From the IMG/VR virus record IMGVR_UViG_3300028592_000008, positions 1 to 64,000 of that record: a stretch of 64,000 nt of DNA, one strand, 5' to 3'. A program made the position numbers and the translations under genes. Position 1 is the first letter of the stretch; each line of letters opens with the position of its first letter. Source of the DNA: a virus. Shown here piece after piece: positions 8,555 to 17,817 of the stretch. Under the pieces are notes generated by a model that was not told the DNA's origin, searched no databases, and saw only the letters and a program-made list of their open reading frames with translations.

Positions 8555-10438
8555 ATGGGAATGGTCGAGATTCCGTCGTGGCTTTTCTGGTCAGTCTTTG
8601 TGTTGGCTTGGCTGCACGTGCTTGTTTCGTTTTGGGTCCTGTGGCAGTGGCGCCGAGAGAAGTCCCGGGCCGATGCGTTCCGCCGAGTTGTTGAGAAGTA
8701 TGAGGTTATTGTCGATCCAGGGGTCCCGGTGGGGGCACCCGCGGGGCGGAGCGGGGCGAGCGAGCCGGAGTACATGACCGAGGCTTCGCGGCCTTCGGTG
8801 GCCGGGGAGGACGGGAAGAAGCTCGCGGAGGACATGGTCGACCGTCAGCGGGAGCTCGATAAGTGCCGGGCGGAACTGACCAGCAAGGAGGAACTGCTCT
8901 CGGCTGAGATCGATCGGATCAGCGCGATCCGGCGGAACCTTGTCGCCGCGATGGAGGGCACCCGGGAGCAACTGAACTGGCTGGCCGGGCATCTCCGCCT
9001 GGAGCCACTGAAGATCGACGAGCCGACAGCGGACGCGGCGAAGCGGGTCGTGGCCGCGGCGGCTGAGAAGATTCGGGCGGCGACGCTGGAATCGCTCCCA
9101 GCGCCAGGCCCGGCGATCGTCGCCGTGAAGGGGCTGGCTGAGACTGTTCTGGTCCGCCACGACGGCCGGGACGTGGCGTGCCTGAAGTGGAAGCCGCGAC
9201 TCTGGGAGCCGCTCCCGGCCGAGTTCTACCACAAGGCCTCGGGGTCGGCCGGCTGGGCGATTCACAGGACCCAGCCGCAAGTCTCTGGGGAGTGGCTGAA
9301 GGTCTTCGGGGACGGGGAATTGGCCGTTCCGCTCTCGGTGCAGGCACACAGCCCGGAACTTGCGGAGATCGCGAAACTGTCCTCCGTGGCCGACCCGCTG
9401 AAGGTCCGGGCGATCGAGATCGAGGAAGCCCTCAAGGCCGTGCGTGAGACCGCCGGGGTGTACCTCAAGGCTCACGACGTCGCGAAGATCGGGGCCGCCC
9501 GGAACCGCCTGCAGCGCCGGGTCGATGGGCAACTGAAGCAGATCCACAAGCTGCTGAAGTGCATCGAGCGGCTGAAGCAGGAGGTCATCTCCGCCGTAGC
9601 CCGGGAGGGGACGCAGGTCTCCAAGTTCAAGGCCGAGGCGGACGACTGGCGGGCGAAGTACGACGAGATGCAGGGGCGGATCGGGACCGAGCGGAACACC
9701 GCCCTCGGACAGCTAAACGCCGAGAAGGAGCGGCTTGAGAAATGCGGTAAGGAGGCGAAAGATCCAGTCAAGGAGGCCTACTTCGCCAGCATGGCTGATG
9801 CCTTCCTGCGGGCGTACCAGATCGTCAACCGCTGCATCAAGCGGCGGGCCCCGGCGGGCGGATCGGCGGACGCTGGCCGGCGGGCGGCGACGGAGGTGGC
9901 CGTGGCCTGCGTGGAGGCGGCGATCGCGGCGGATGACGCTCCGCGGGAGATTGCTGTCAGAGGCGGATTGACAGCTTTTGCGAAGCCGTGGCACCCGAAG
10001 GCCGGAGACCTGCGTCCGGAGTTCTATTTCTGGAGGGGGTCGAGGTCGGTGGACAATGCGTGGTGTACGCGAAGCATGCCGGTAAGCGAGGCGATCAACG
10101 AATGGGAGCTACAAGACCGGGAACACATGGTCCCGTGCGACCATCCGCCGGCCGCGGAAATCGTTTCCCGGGAAACGCCGGCTCCTGGGACCGAGGAAAA
10201 AGCCTCTCCGGAGAAACCGAAGATCGAGCAGGGGGAGGTGTTCCGGGTCGGAACGGGGGAGTCCCTGGGGATCCACCAGTTCGTCCGGCTGAACCCCGGG
10301 GAGTGGCGTCCGGCGCCGCACATTGCGTGGTGTCCCGGGTGGGACCGCTTCTTCCGATTCGAGGTTCCCGGCTGGGTCCGGGAGGCGACGCCGTACCGTT
10401 TCTACCGCATTGCCACCGAGGAGGATCTGCTTCCATGA
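8555..10438 (+). CDS. Membrane-anchored coiled-coil protein
   Basis: N-terminal TM helix (WLFWSVFVLAWLHVLVSFWVLW) and long coiled coils; TTGACC-18-TAGATT promoter-like sequence at 8481-8510. Confidence 0.7.
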   Translation: MGMVEIPSWLFWSVFVLAWLHVLVSFWVLWQWRREKSRADAFRRVVEKYEVIVDPGVPVGAPAGRSGASEPEYMTEASRPSVAGEDGKKLAEDMVDRQRELDKCRAELTSKEELLSAEIDRISAIRRNLVAAMEGTREQLNWLAGHLRLEPLKIDEPTADAAKRVVAAAAEKIRAATLESLPAPGPAIVAVKGLAETVLVRHDGRDVACLKWKPRLWEPLPAEFYHKASGSAGWAIHRTQPQVSGEWLKVFGDGELAVPLSVQAHSPELAEIAKLSSVADPLKVRAIEIEEALKAVRETAGVYLKAHDVAKIGAARNRLQRRVDGQLKQIHKLLKCIERLKQEVISAVAREGTQVSKFKAEADDWRAKYDEMQGRIGTERNTALGQLNAEKERLEKCGKEAKDPVKEAYFASMADAFLRAYQIVNRCIKRRAPAGGSADAGRRAATEVAVACVEAAIAADDAPREIAVRGGLTAFAKPWHPKAGDLRPEFYFWRGSRSVDNAWCTRSMPVSEAINEWELQDREHMVPCDHPPAAEIVSRETPAPGTEEKASPEKPKIEQGEVFRVGTGESLGIHQFVRLNPGEWRPAPHIAWCPGWDRFFRFEVPGWVREATPYRFYRIATEEDLLP

Positions 10439-10833
10439 ACGTCAACCGCGAAATCCTGTTCTTTGGTGGCCCGGCGCACGGGATGGTCCAGACGATGCCA
10501 GACAGTGCCTTGAGCATTCCGTGCATTATCCAGCAGCGGGACGACGTGGACATCTGCCGGGCGTTCTCGCCGGCTTGGATCGACGTCCCGATGAACTGGC
10601 TGCAGCGGCTTGCCGCGACGCTCTTCTTGATCCCGCGGCGTGTCCTGAAACCATCCGAGCACTTCAAGCCGCGGGAGGTCAGATACCGTGCCGTGGGGCT
10701 ATACCGCCATCCTGAGACCTGGGCGGTGATGACCGTCGACGGGAAGCCCCTGGAGGGGCAGGATCTCGCCGACGCAGCCTACTACATCGACTCCCGGAGG
10801 CTGCAGCCGGTCGAGCGGTATCCGATACGCTGA
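10435..10833 (+). CDS. Hypothetical protein
   Basis: ATGA overlap; begins MNVNREILFFGGPAHG. Confidence 0.65.
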   Translation: MNVNREILFFGGPAHGMVQTMPDSALSIPCIIQQRDDVDICRAFSPAWIDVPMNWLQRLAATLFLIPRRVLKPSEHFKPREVRYRAVGLYRHPETWAVMTVDGKPLEGQDLADAAYYIDSRRLQPVERYPIR

Positions 10834-10844
10834 TTCGTGGTCAA

Positions 10845-10918
10845 TGGGGCGTAGCTCAATCGGTAGAGCGATCGAGGTGCATGCCTGAGAGATGCCGGTT
10901 CGAGTCCGGCCGCCCCTA
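10845..10918 (+). tRNA. tRNA-like element with aberrant anticodon arm (possible pseudo-tRNA; anticodon uncertain, perhaps GCA)
   Basis: Acceptor stem GGGGCG/CGCCCC, D-arm GCTC-AATCGGTA-GAGC and T-arm GCCGG-TTCGAGT-CCGGC are canonical; the anticodon arm does not form a clean 5-bp stem with a 7-nt loop. Confidence 0.6.
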
Positions 10919-10955
10919 CTCCCGGAATTCCCGGGCAAATTGAAAGGACACTGCA

Positions 10956-11147
10956 ATGCTGGTTCTGAGCCGCAAAGAGGGTGAGTCGATCATCATTGGG
11001 GATGGGATCGAGGTGAAGGTCGTCGACATCGACGGCAACAAGGTGCGGATCGGCATCGAGGCGCCGCGGAACGTATCGGTTCACCGCAAGGAGGTTTACG
11101 ACGCGATGAAGCGTGAAGCGAAGGAAGGAGGCAGCCGTGGGGCTTGA
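10956..11147 (+). CDS. csrA: Carbon storage regulator CsrA (RNA-binding translational regulator)
   Basis: [48 protein letters not shown] is a textbook CsrA. Confidence 0.95.
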   Translation: MLVLSRKEGESIIIGDGIEVKVVDIDGNKVRIGIEAPRNVSVHRKEVYDAMKREAKEGGSRGA

Positions 11148-12027
11148 AACTGGGATTAGCTGGACCGACTACACATGGAACCCATGGCAGGGCTGCACGA
11201 AGATCAGTCCGGCGTGCGCGAATTGCTATATGTTCCCGGGGATGTGGCGATGGGGCAAGGACCCGACAGTTGTCCGCCGCTCGTCTCCACAGACTTTCAA
11301 TCTGCCGCTCAAGCGGAAGTCGGCGAAGAACGGCGGCGGATACGCGATGGAGCCGGGCAAGTGGGTGTTCACCTGCTCGTGGTCCGACTGGTTCCACAAG
11401 GACGCGGACCCTTGGAGGGACGAAGCCTGGGCAATCGTGAGGGCTCGCCCGGACCTGAACTTCCAGATCGTCACGAAGCGGACGGAGCGGATCAAGGACT
11501 GTCTGCCATCCGATTGGGGCGACGGATACCGGAACGTCATCCTGATCGCGACTGTCGAGAATCAGGAGTTCCTCGAAAAGCGGGTTCCGGACCTGTTCTC
11601 CGTCCCGGCGTGGCGTCGCGGGTTGTCGTGCGAGCCGCTGCTGGGGCCGCTCGATTTCCACCGCAGGTGCTTTGCCGACAACTGCCAGGGAGAGTGCGGA
11701 TGGCCTTCTCCGTTCGATCTCCTTGGAGACAACAAAAACGGATCCGGCGCACTGATCGACTGGATCATCACCGGCGGGGAATCCGGAACAGGGGCGCGGC
11801 CATCGAATCCTCAGTGGTTCCGGGACGTCCGGGATCAGTGCTTCTTGGCGGGAGTTCCGTTCCACCACAAGCAAAACGGCGAGTGGGTGTCTGTCAGTGA
11901 GGTCGAGGGACCCGGGGAGCACTTCGCCTTCTCGGATCACAGGGTTGTGCGGCGGGTAGGTGTCGCCGCGGCTGGGAGAACGATCGACGGAAAGGTCTAT
12001 GATGCCTTCCCGTCCATGGGAGCATAG
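11137..12027 (+). CDS. DUF5131 / phage Gp37-Gp68 family radical-SAM-like protein
   Basis: [53 protein letters not shown]. Confidence 0.9.
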   Translation: MGLETGISWTDYTWNPWQGCTKISPACANCYMFPGMWRWGKDPTVVRRSSPQTFNLPLKRKSAKNGGGYAMEPGKWVFTCSWSDWFHKDADPWRDEAWAIVRARPDLNFQIVTKRTERIKDCLPSDWGDGYRNVILIATVENQEFLEKRVPDLFSVPAWRRGLSCEPLLGPLDFHRRCFADNCQGECGWPSPFDLLGDNKNGSGALIDWIITGGESGTGARPSNPQWFRDVRDQCFLAGVPFHHKQNGEWVSVSEVEGPGEHFAFSDHRVVRRVGVAAAGRTIDGKVYDAFPSMGA

Positions 12028-12031
12028 GGAA

Positions 12032-12559
12032 ATGCGTCGTTTAAGCTGCGCGATTCTCCCGGACCTGTCGCGGGTCCGGGAGGTGACGGTGTTCTACAGG
12101 ATGCGTTGGCGTTTCGTGCGGCCGGGGGACGAAGTCCTGCTGGTCGACCGGATCGCCAATCGATCGGGAGGCGAGGCGAAAGGCCTGTCGGTAGTCCGGG
12201 TCGTTTCGATCCGCGAGACCCGGCTTATCGAGATGACGGCGGCGGCTGACGGCGGCCGGGCGGAGACGGACAGGTGCGGCTTTTGGGGGAAGACCCCGCA
12301 GGAGTTCGTGGACGCGATGTGTGACGCGCACAAGACCGATCCGTGGTACATGATCTCCCGGATCGAGGTGGAGCACGCGGAGCCGCTTCCGGAGCCGAAC
12401 TTCCGCGGGTATCTCCCGATGGACGTTCACCCCGCCCCGGAAGGTCGCGTCGCCAAGGCGATGCGAAACGGGATCGCCGCCATGACGAAGTCTCCCAACG
12501 AGGATGACATCGAACGCTGGGATGACGACGGCGGCCCGGCAGTGGAGACCGAGCAGTGA
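12032..12559 (+). CDS. ASCH/PUA-like domain protein
   Basis: Pattern T...R..W....PGD.V; VRVVSIRETRL; GF...TPQEFV...ISRIEVE. Confidence 0.55.
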   Translation: MRRLSCAILPDLSRVREVTVFYRMRWRFVRPGDEVLLVDRIANRSGGEAKGLSVVRVVSIRETRLIEMTAAADGGRAETDRCGFWGKTPQEFVDAMCDAHKTDPWYMISRIEVEHAEPLPEPNFRGYLPMDVHPAPEGRVAKAMRNGIAAMTKSPNEDDIERWDDDGGPAVETEQ

Positions 12560-13059
12560 TCTTGCTGGCAATCGACCCCGGGAGCGCGGAGACCGCCTGG
12601 GTCAAAATCGAGCGTGAGACCGGGCGGATCTGCGGGAAGGAGATCGTCGAAAACGACGCCTTCCGGCTGCAGCTCTGGCGGCGCGAAATCGACGGGTACG
12701 ACCGGATCGCGCTCGAGTATTTCCAGCCGCGCGGGATGCCGACCGCTGCGGAGGAGATGGACACGATCTTCTGGTCCGGCCGCTTCATCGAGGCGGCGGG
12801 CCGGGACTGGGACAAGGTGTTCCGGATGCAGGAGAAAATCTCCATCTGCGGGCACGGCTCGGCGACGGACTCCAACATCTCCACGGCGCTCCGGGATATG
12901 TACGGGGGGCAGAAGGAGGCCAAGGGGCTCAAGGCGAGCCCGGGGCCGCTGTACGGGTTCAAGGACGACCTGTGGGCGGCCCTGGCAATCGGAGTGACGT
13001 GGTTTCGTCGGAACGGGAGCCCGGAGTGGGTTCCGAACCTCGAGGAGATTCGGAAGTGA
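12556..13059 (+). CDS. RuvC-like Holliday junction resolvase / RNase H-fold nuclease
   Basis: ILLAIDPG, IALE and DDLWAALAIG motifs. Confidence 0.75.
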   Translation: MILLAIDPGSAETAWVKIERETGRICGKEIVENDAFRLQLWRREIDGYDRIALEYFQPRGMPTAAEEMDTIFWSGRFIEAAGRDWDKVFRMQEKISICGHGSATDSNISTALRDMYGGQKEAKGLKASPGPLYGFKDDLWAALAIGVTWFRRNGSPEWVPNLEEIRK

Positions 13060-13475
13060 ACTACACGTTGGACGCTCTGGACAGCCAGGCAATCACGATG
13101 ATCTCGCGCGGCGTCGGGACCCTCCGGATTTCGGAGGCTGCGAAGCGGAAGATCATGGCGGCTTGGAAACCGCCGGATCACATGCGGCATCCGCTTATCT
13201 CATTCGAGGGGCTGCTCGGCCTGGGGATCGACGTCACGGTGGACCCGTCGATGCCGATCTTCGTGAAGTCGAACCGCCTGCGTTCCCGGGACCGCTTCAC
13301 GCTCTTCGAGGCCGCGGACGCCGATTGGGCGGTGGCGGCCGGGCTCGCGGAGTGGGAGCTGGACGAGGTCCATGCCGTCTGGTTCGACGAGCTGCGTCTT
13401 CAGTTCTACCGCTCGCACTACAACTTCGGGGTGAAGTTGATGGAGCCGCGGGGATTCATCCGGGGGCTCGCGTAG
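13056..13475 (+). CDS. Hypothetical protein
   Basis: GTGA overlap with the upstream gene. Confidence 0.6.
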   Translation: MNYTLDALDSQAITMISRGVGTLRISEAAKRKIMAAWKPPDHMRHPLISFEGLLGLGIDVTVDPSMPIFVKSNRLRSRDRFTLFEAADADWAVAAGLAEWELDEVHAVWFDELRLQFYRSHYNFGVKLMEPRGFIRGLA

Positions 13476-13476
13476 C

Positions 13477-13695
13477 GTGAAGCAGTTTCAGATCAGCGAG
13501 GAAGACCTGCAGTCCCTCGAGCACATTCTCCCGGCCGTGCTGTGGAAGCTGACCTGCAGGCCAGATGCGGACCCGCAGGATCGCGTCCACTTCCGTCAGG
13601 TCCGGGGCATCCTGACAAACGTGCGATGGGGATACTGGCCCCCGGAGAACGTAGAGATCATTCCGCCAGGGGAGACTGACCATGCTGCTGAGTGA
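13477..13695 (+). CDS. Hypothetical protein
   Basis: 72-aa ORF filling the operon gap. Confidence 0.55.
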   Translation: MKQFQISEEDLQSLEHILPAVLWKLTCRPDADPQDRVHFRQVRGILTNVRWGYWPPENVEIIPPGETDHAAE

Positions 13696-14428
13696 GTTTC
13701 AGGCGTTGCCATTTCAGGACGCCGCACTGAATTGTGGGCAGAAGATCCAGATCATCCGCGGGGGCAATCGGTCCTCGAAGAGCCTGGTCGCTGCCGTGAA
13801 GGTGGCCGCCGCGCTGACCGGGGAGACGGTGAAGCTGTCCAACGGGGCGGGCGTGGCGTACACCCCGGCGAAGCGGGTCTACTGCGCCGGGAAGGACTTC
13901 GAGCACGTCTCGGAGAAAATGGCGGCGCCGCTGTTCGGGTCGGCCATCGGAATCGGGGAGGCCCCGGGACTGATCGCCGCCGACAAGATCGAGATGGTTT
14001 CGTGGTTCAACAAGACGCTTGGCTGGCCGGCGATGGTCCGGCTGAAGAGCGGTGCCGAGGTTGTTTTCGGACAGGGATTCAGCAATCACGGGTTCCGCTT
14101 CGCGATCATCTGGGCAGACGAGAAGGTGCTCAGCGACGGGCGGCTCCTGTCGATGGTTGCGCAGGCCGACGTCTTCATCTGGTCGACCTGGCCGGACTCG
14201 ACGAACGACGAGCTCCGGAGGCTGTGCAAGCTGGCGGCGGAGACCGGCGCGGAGTTCGTCTTCCGGATGCAGGACAACACCACGATCTCCGAAGAGAAGC
14301 GGGCGTCGATCCTGGAGACGTGGGGAGCATTGGGGTCGCAGCATTTGCAGGCCCGGAACCTCGGCGAATTCCCGGCCGATCCGCCGGCCGAAGAGAAAGC
14401 TCTTGACACGGAGAAGCCGGCCCCCTAG
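13682..14428 (+). CDS. Truncated paralog of terminase large subunit (ATPase domain only)
   Basis: Colinear with TerL 24023-25774: IRGGNRSSKS vs IRGGNRSGKS; IIWADEK vs IIWVDEK; WSTWPDSTN vs WSTWPTSTN; WGALGSQHLQARNLGEF vs WQALGAGHVQARNEGEF. Ends before the nuclease domain. Confidence 0.85.
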   Translation: MLLSEFQALPFQDAALNCGQKIQIIRGGNRSSKSLVAAVKVAAALTGETVKLSNGAGVAYTPAKRVYCAGKDFEHVSEKMAAPLFGSAIGIGEAPGLIAADKIEMVSWFNKTLGWPAMVRLKSGAEVVFGQGFSNHGFRFAIIWADEKVLSDGRLLSMVAQADVFIWSTWPDSTNDELRRLCKLAAETGAEFVFRMQDNTTISEEKRASILETWGALGSQHLQARNLGEFPADPPAEEKALDTEKPAP

Positions 14429-14431
14429 TGT
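14403..14431 (+). promoter_or_regulatory. Sigma70-type promoter
   Basis: TTGACA, 17-bp spacer, TAGTGT. Confidence 0.65.
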
Positions 14432-14437
14432 TCCGCC

Positions 14438-15000
14438 GGTGACGCCTTCCTGTCCTCAACCGGGAAGTCGAAAATTTGATTTTGCATTTCGTAGGCTTCG
14501 GCCTGCGGAAATAAGCCCGTGTGGTTAGGCGAGTTGAGGCGCCTTCCACGCGGGCTATTTTCGTGGACTGAGGCGAATGAACGAGCCAAAGCTCTCATAG
14601 CGCCCATTTGCAGTTCTGGTTAAGCACGAACCCCTGGGTGCGACCGGAGCCAAGCATATGGGCACCTTAACGCCCAAGGTATGTCGGGGACGTGAACGCC
14701 GGGAAAGGGTTATTTGCTGCCCGTGTCGATTGCAGGCGAAGGTCGCCGCGAAGCACGGGGTAAGGCGTAATTCCCCGGAGACATGATGTGGCGATGGTAG
14801 CCTAAACCTCGCTGGGCAATATCACCTTCCACCTTGTGTGGACACCGCATTAAGCGGAGCAACCGTCGTGAGGAATCAGGCTGAGTTCGCAGCGACGTTA
14901 AACAAATGCGGGGAGTAGCCCCACAAGCCATCACGCGCCGGGACCAAACCCTTAGCGCTCAAGCCGGGACCGATGGACGCTGTTCTTTTGTTGGACGAAC
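14438..15000 (+). ncRNA. Candidate large structured non-coding RNA
   Basis: No credible ORF; lower GC than the flanks; consecutive nested stems including a C(UUCG)G hairpin at 14490-14507; directly downstream of a promoter. Confidence 0.5.
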
Positions 15001-15024
15001 ACTGGACTCTTTGAGGATTATGAC

Positions 15025-15456
15025 ATGCCACGTTACGAGCTTATCAATCCGAGCGACTACTACACCTTCGAAGCCCGGGACATCCTGATCGCCGGCGCGG
15101 TGACGATGTTCCTGAGTTCCAACTTCGGGGCGGTGCAGATCCACCCGGAGGGGGACGAGCGGACGCCGATGCTGTTCGGCTGGGAGGAGTGGTTCAAGTC
15201 GAAGGGGGTCGACCTGCATGATCCGAAGTGGACCCGGGAGAACCTGCAGGCGATCGCGGAGGCTTTCGAGTCGTTCGTCATCGGGGACCGGGCGGAGTAC
15301 ATGGCTGGGCTCGAGGCGACCCTGGAGGCAGACCGGCCGGCGTTCATCGAGAAGTGGAACAACGAGAAGCGGAGCAGCGTGAACGACATCGGGAAGGCCG
15401 CGCGGAGCTACGCGACTCAGTGTCGGAAGATGCTTGAGGCTGTGGCCGCGGGCTGA
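15025..15456 (+). CDS. Hypothetical protein
   Basis: GAGGA RBS; 143 aa. Confidence 0.7.
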   Translation: MPRYELINPSDYYTFEARDILIAGAVTMFLSSNFGAVQIHPEGDERTPMLFGWEEWFKSKGVDLHDPKWTRENLQAIAEAFESFVIGDRAEYMAGLEATLEADRPAFIEKWNNEKRSSVNDIGKAARSYATQCRKMLEAVAAG

Positions 15457-15491
15457 GTCGCCCGGGATCGAACACTGGACGCTGGGAGTCG

Positions 15492-15800
15492 ATGATGGTG
15501 ACGCCGATCGGCCCGGATGACGTGGTGGCAAACCGCGGGGTGACGACGATCCCGCAGGCGGTGATCCTCGCCTTCAACCGTCTGATCGAGGGGCGGTGGG
15601 ACGGGGTGCAGGCCCGGTTCACGCGGTCGGATGCGGTCGGAGCGATCTGGGCGGCGACGGGTCTGTGCGAGCAGGAGATGTTGCACGCCCGGCATCTGGA
15701 CATTGAGCCGCTGTACCGGGACGCTGGGTGGAAGGTGACGTACGAGGCCCCGGAGATCGGGGAGACGTGGGAAGCCCATTACGTTTTCGAGGTGCGGTGA
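15492..15800 (+). CDS. Hypothetical phage protein
   Basis: GGGAG RBS; LDIEPLYRDAGWKVTY segment. Confidence 0.65.
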   Translation: MMVTPIGPDDVVANRGVTTIPQAVILAFNRLIEGRWDGVQARFTRSDAVGAIWAATGLCEQEMLHARHLDIEPLYRDAGWKVTYEAPEIGETWEAHYVFEVR

Positions 15801-16210
15801 TGGACCCGGTGTCTTTTCAGATCGCTCTGCTGTTCGTCGTCCTGGGCGTCTGCGCGGCCGCGGTGTTGCGGAAGATGCAGGAGACCAGGGAGTTCGAGTT
15901 GCGGATGTTTCAGATCGCCGAGCGGTGGGACAATCGCTGCGACTATCGATGGCAGGACCGGGTCGAGATTGACCCTGTGAAGGCCGAGGAGGCGCACGAC
16001 AAAATCGTCCGAGATCACAAGGCGTATTTCATCGAACTCGAGTGGCGCCGTCTCGGCGCGGGAGGATCCAGTGGTGGCGAGAAACCAGAAGACTCAGCCG
16101 GACCCGGTGGCGGCGATGATCGGGCCGATGCGTCGGGCGGCCCTGGCGGGGACGTATGCCGGGAAGGTGCCGACTCCGTACTTCATGTCGTGCCGCCGGG
16201 TGATTCCTGA
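15800..16210 (+). CDS. Membrane protein, hypothetical
   Basis: TGATG coupling; N-terminal TM helix. Confidence 0.55.
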   Translation: MDPVSFQIALLFVVLGVCAAAVLRKMQETREFELRMFQIAERWDNRCDYRWQDRVEIDPVKAEEAHDKIVRDHKAYFIELEWRRLGAGGSSGGEKPEDSAGPGGGDDRADASGGPGGDVCREGADSVLHVVPPGDS

Positions 16211-16634
16211 GCTCGGGGTGAGCGTCTGCTTCACCCGGGACGTCGGGTATCACACGAGCGGCTGGTGGAAGAACCCGGACTACGAACGCTGCTTCCACCT
16301 GAGCCTCGCGTTCTACCATCCGTACTCGAACAACGAGCCACGGCCGCGGGACTACGCGATCACCGATCGGTTCATCCGCGGGTTGTACGGGGACGCCCGG
16401 CGGATGATCTGGTGCGAGCCTCCGTACTCTGAGAAGGGGAAGCGGGAGGACATCTGGCACTACCGGCTGTTCTGCGACGAGGGGTGGCAGCCGATCAAGC
16501 CTCGCGGCGAGGTGTACGAGAAGGAGCTGACGGAGGCCGGCTGGAAGTCCTACAGCGACGTGCAGGCGGACGCACTGAAGAAGTCGCTCGCCGAACTGAA
16601 CGGCTACATGCAGGGAGGCCGCGGCCGACCATGA
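16071..16634 (+). CDS. Hypothetical phage protein
   Basis: GGAGGA RBS; GYHTSGWWKNPDYERCFHLSL segment. Confidence 0.7.
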   Translation: MVARNQKTQPDPVAAMIGPMRRAALAGTYAGKVPTPYFMSCRRVIPELGVSVCFTRDVGYHTSGWWKNPDYERCFHLSLAFYHPYSNNEPRPRDYAITDRFIRGLYGDARRMIWCEPPYSEKGKREDIWHYRLFCDEGWQPIKPRGEVYEKELTEAGWKSYSDVQADALKKSLAELNGYMQGGRGRP

Positions 16635-16906
16635 TCGAGGAAGGGGAAGTCCAGCCCGGCGTCCTGCGTCGCTGCGAAGCGTGCGGTCACCGGGACGACT
16701 ACCCGGCCTACGCGGATCGGTGCATCGCCTGCAGCCATCGGTTCGGGGAAGCGATCTCCCGGGTCCCGGCGAAGGAATTCATGATCCTCTGGCACTGCGG
16801 GCCCTGCGATAAGTTTCACGAGTCCGACTACCGTTTCGACGCCCGGTGTTCGTGCGGGAAGACGGGGATCATTGGGCGGGCGGAGCTGCCCGGGAGAGAG
16901 CCTTGA
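16631..16906 (+). CDS. Cys-rich zinc-ribbon protein
   Basis: Three CxxC pairs plus CxC; ATGA overlap. Confidence 0.6.
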   Translation: MIEEGEVQPGVLRRCEACGHRDDYPAYADRCIACSHRFGEAISRVPAKEFMILWHCGPCDKFHESDYRFDARCSCGKTGIIGRAELPGREP

Positions 16907-17283
16907 GTCTTTGCCCAGCGTTTGTTCGCGCCGAGGACGGCAATCTGTACCGGAACCCGACGATCCGCGGGGAGGACTGGTACGTCTGCTTCGATGATGA
17001 CGATCCGCCGGAGTTGGTCGTCTTCGCGCCGACGTTCGAGCGAGCGTGGCGGAGGATGTGGACGCTGAAGAGGCAGCACGGATTCATCGGGTCGTTTCAG
17101 GAGTACTGGCACCCGGTCAGATATTCCTGGAGAAACGGCTGCCCGAAGAATCTGTCCGCATGGAGCCGGTTCTTCGGGTTGGCGGCGCCAATCCCTGTTC
17201 CTACTGACAGGGGCCCGGTGACAAACCTGAAGCGGGAGTACGTCCTGTACGATCCTGTGGCCGCTGGCCGAGAGGTGTGGTGA
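16903..17283 (+). CDS. Hypothetical protein
   Basis: TTGA overlap with the upstream gene. Confidence 0.5.
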   Translation: MSLCPAFVRAEDGNLYRNPTIRGEDWYVCFDDDDPPELVVFAPTFERAWRRMWTLKRQHGFIGSFQEYWHPVRYSWRNGCPKNLSAWSRFFGLAAPIPVPTDRGPVTNLKREYVLYDPVAAGREVW

Positions 17284-17621
17284 TGAAGTACCTCGAGTCG
17301 ATGCGAGCCGGCGACCCCGCGCGGTCCAAGGCGATGAAGAAGGCCAGGGCACGGTACGGTCGCATGCTCTGGAACGAGATGGCGAGGATGCGAACGGAGG
17401 AGGAGCGGAACGCTCTGATCCGGCGGTGTGGCGAGAAGGCGTGTGAGCGTGGTCTCTACGCCAAGACGTACGGGTGGAAGCTGGCCGGGTGCGCGCTGGT
17501 CAGGTGGGCAGTGACCAGGATGTCCAGCCTTGAGAGCTATCACGAATGGAAGAACCGGGTCGGATTCATTCCTTACGCGGGCGGGTTCACCCGGCTGCGG
17601 CTGATGAGGGATGCCGGATAG
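17283..17621 (+). CDS. Hypothetical basic protein
   Basis: GAGGTG RBS; TGATG coupling. Confidence 0.55.
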   Translation: MKYLESMRAGDPARSKAMKKARARYGRMLWNEMARMRTEEERNALIRRCGEKACERGLYAKTYGWKLAGCALVRWAVTRMSSLESYHEWKNRVGFIPYAGGFTRLRLMRDAG

Positions 17622-17817
17622 AGATCATTTCGCCGCGGACTGGAACGGCTTGTAAACAGGTGCCGGGAAAGACCCACCCGGGGGCAATAGGAGCTCCCGG
17701 CCGCGGCGAACGTAGGGGCAGTCACCGACCCGAAGTGCGAACTCGAGCGCCTGGGGGTGAGCGTGTGGGGGTTGCCGAGCATGGACGCAAAAGCCCCTTG
17801 TTTCGTAGGCTGATGCA

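Noticed and set aside
14909-14922. GGGGAGTAGC resembling the start of a yybP-ykoY riboswitch
   Set aside because: The remaining conserved elements were not found; treated as part of the larger RNA candidate.
17601-17640. CTGATGAG resembling a hammerhead ribozyme core
   Set aside because: It lies inside a coding 3' end, and no stem II plus GAAA follows.
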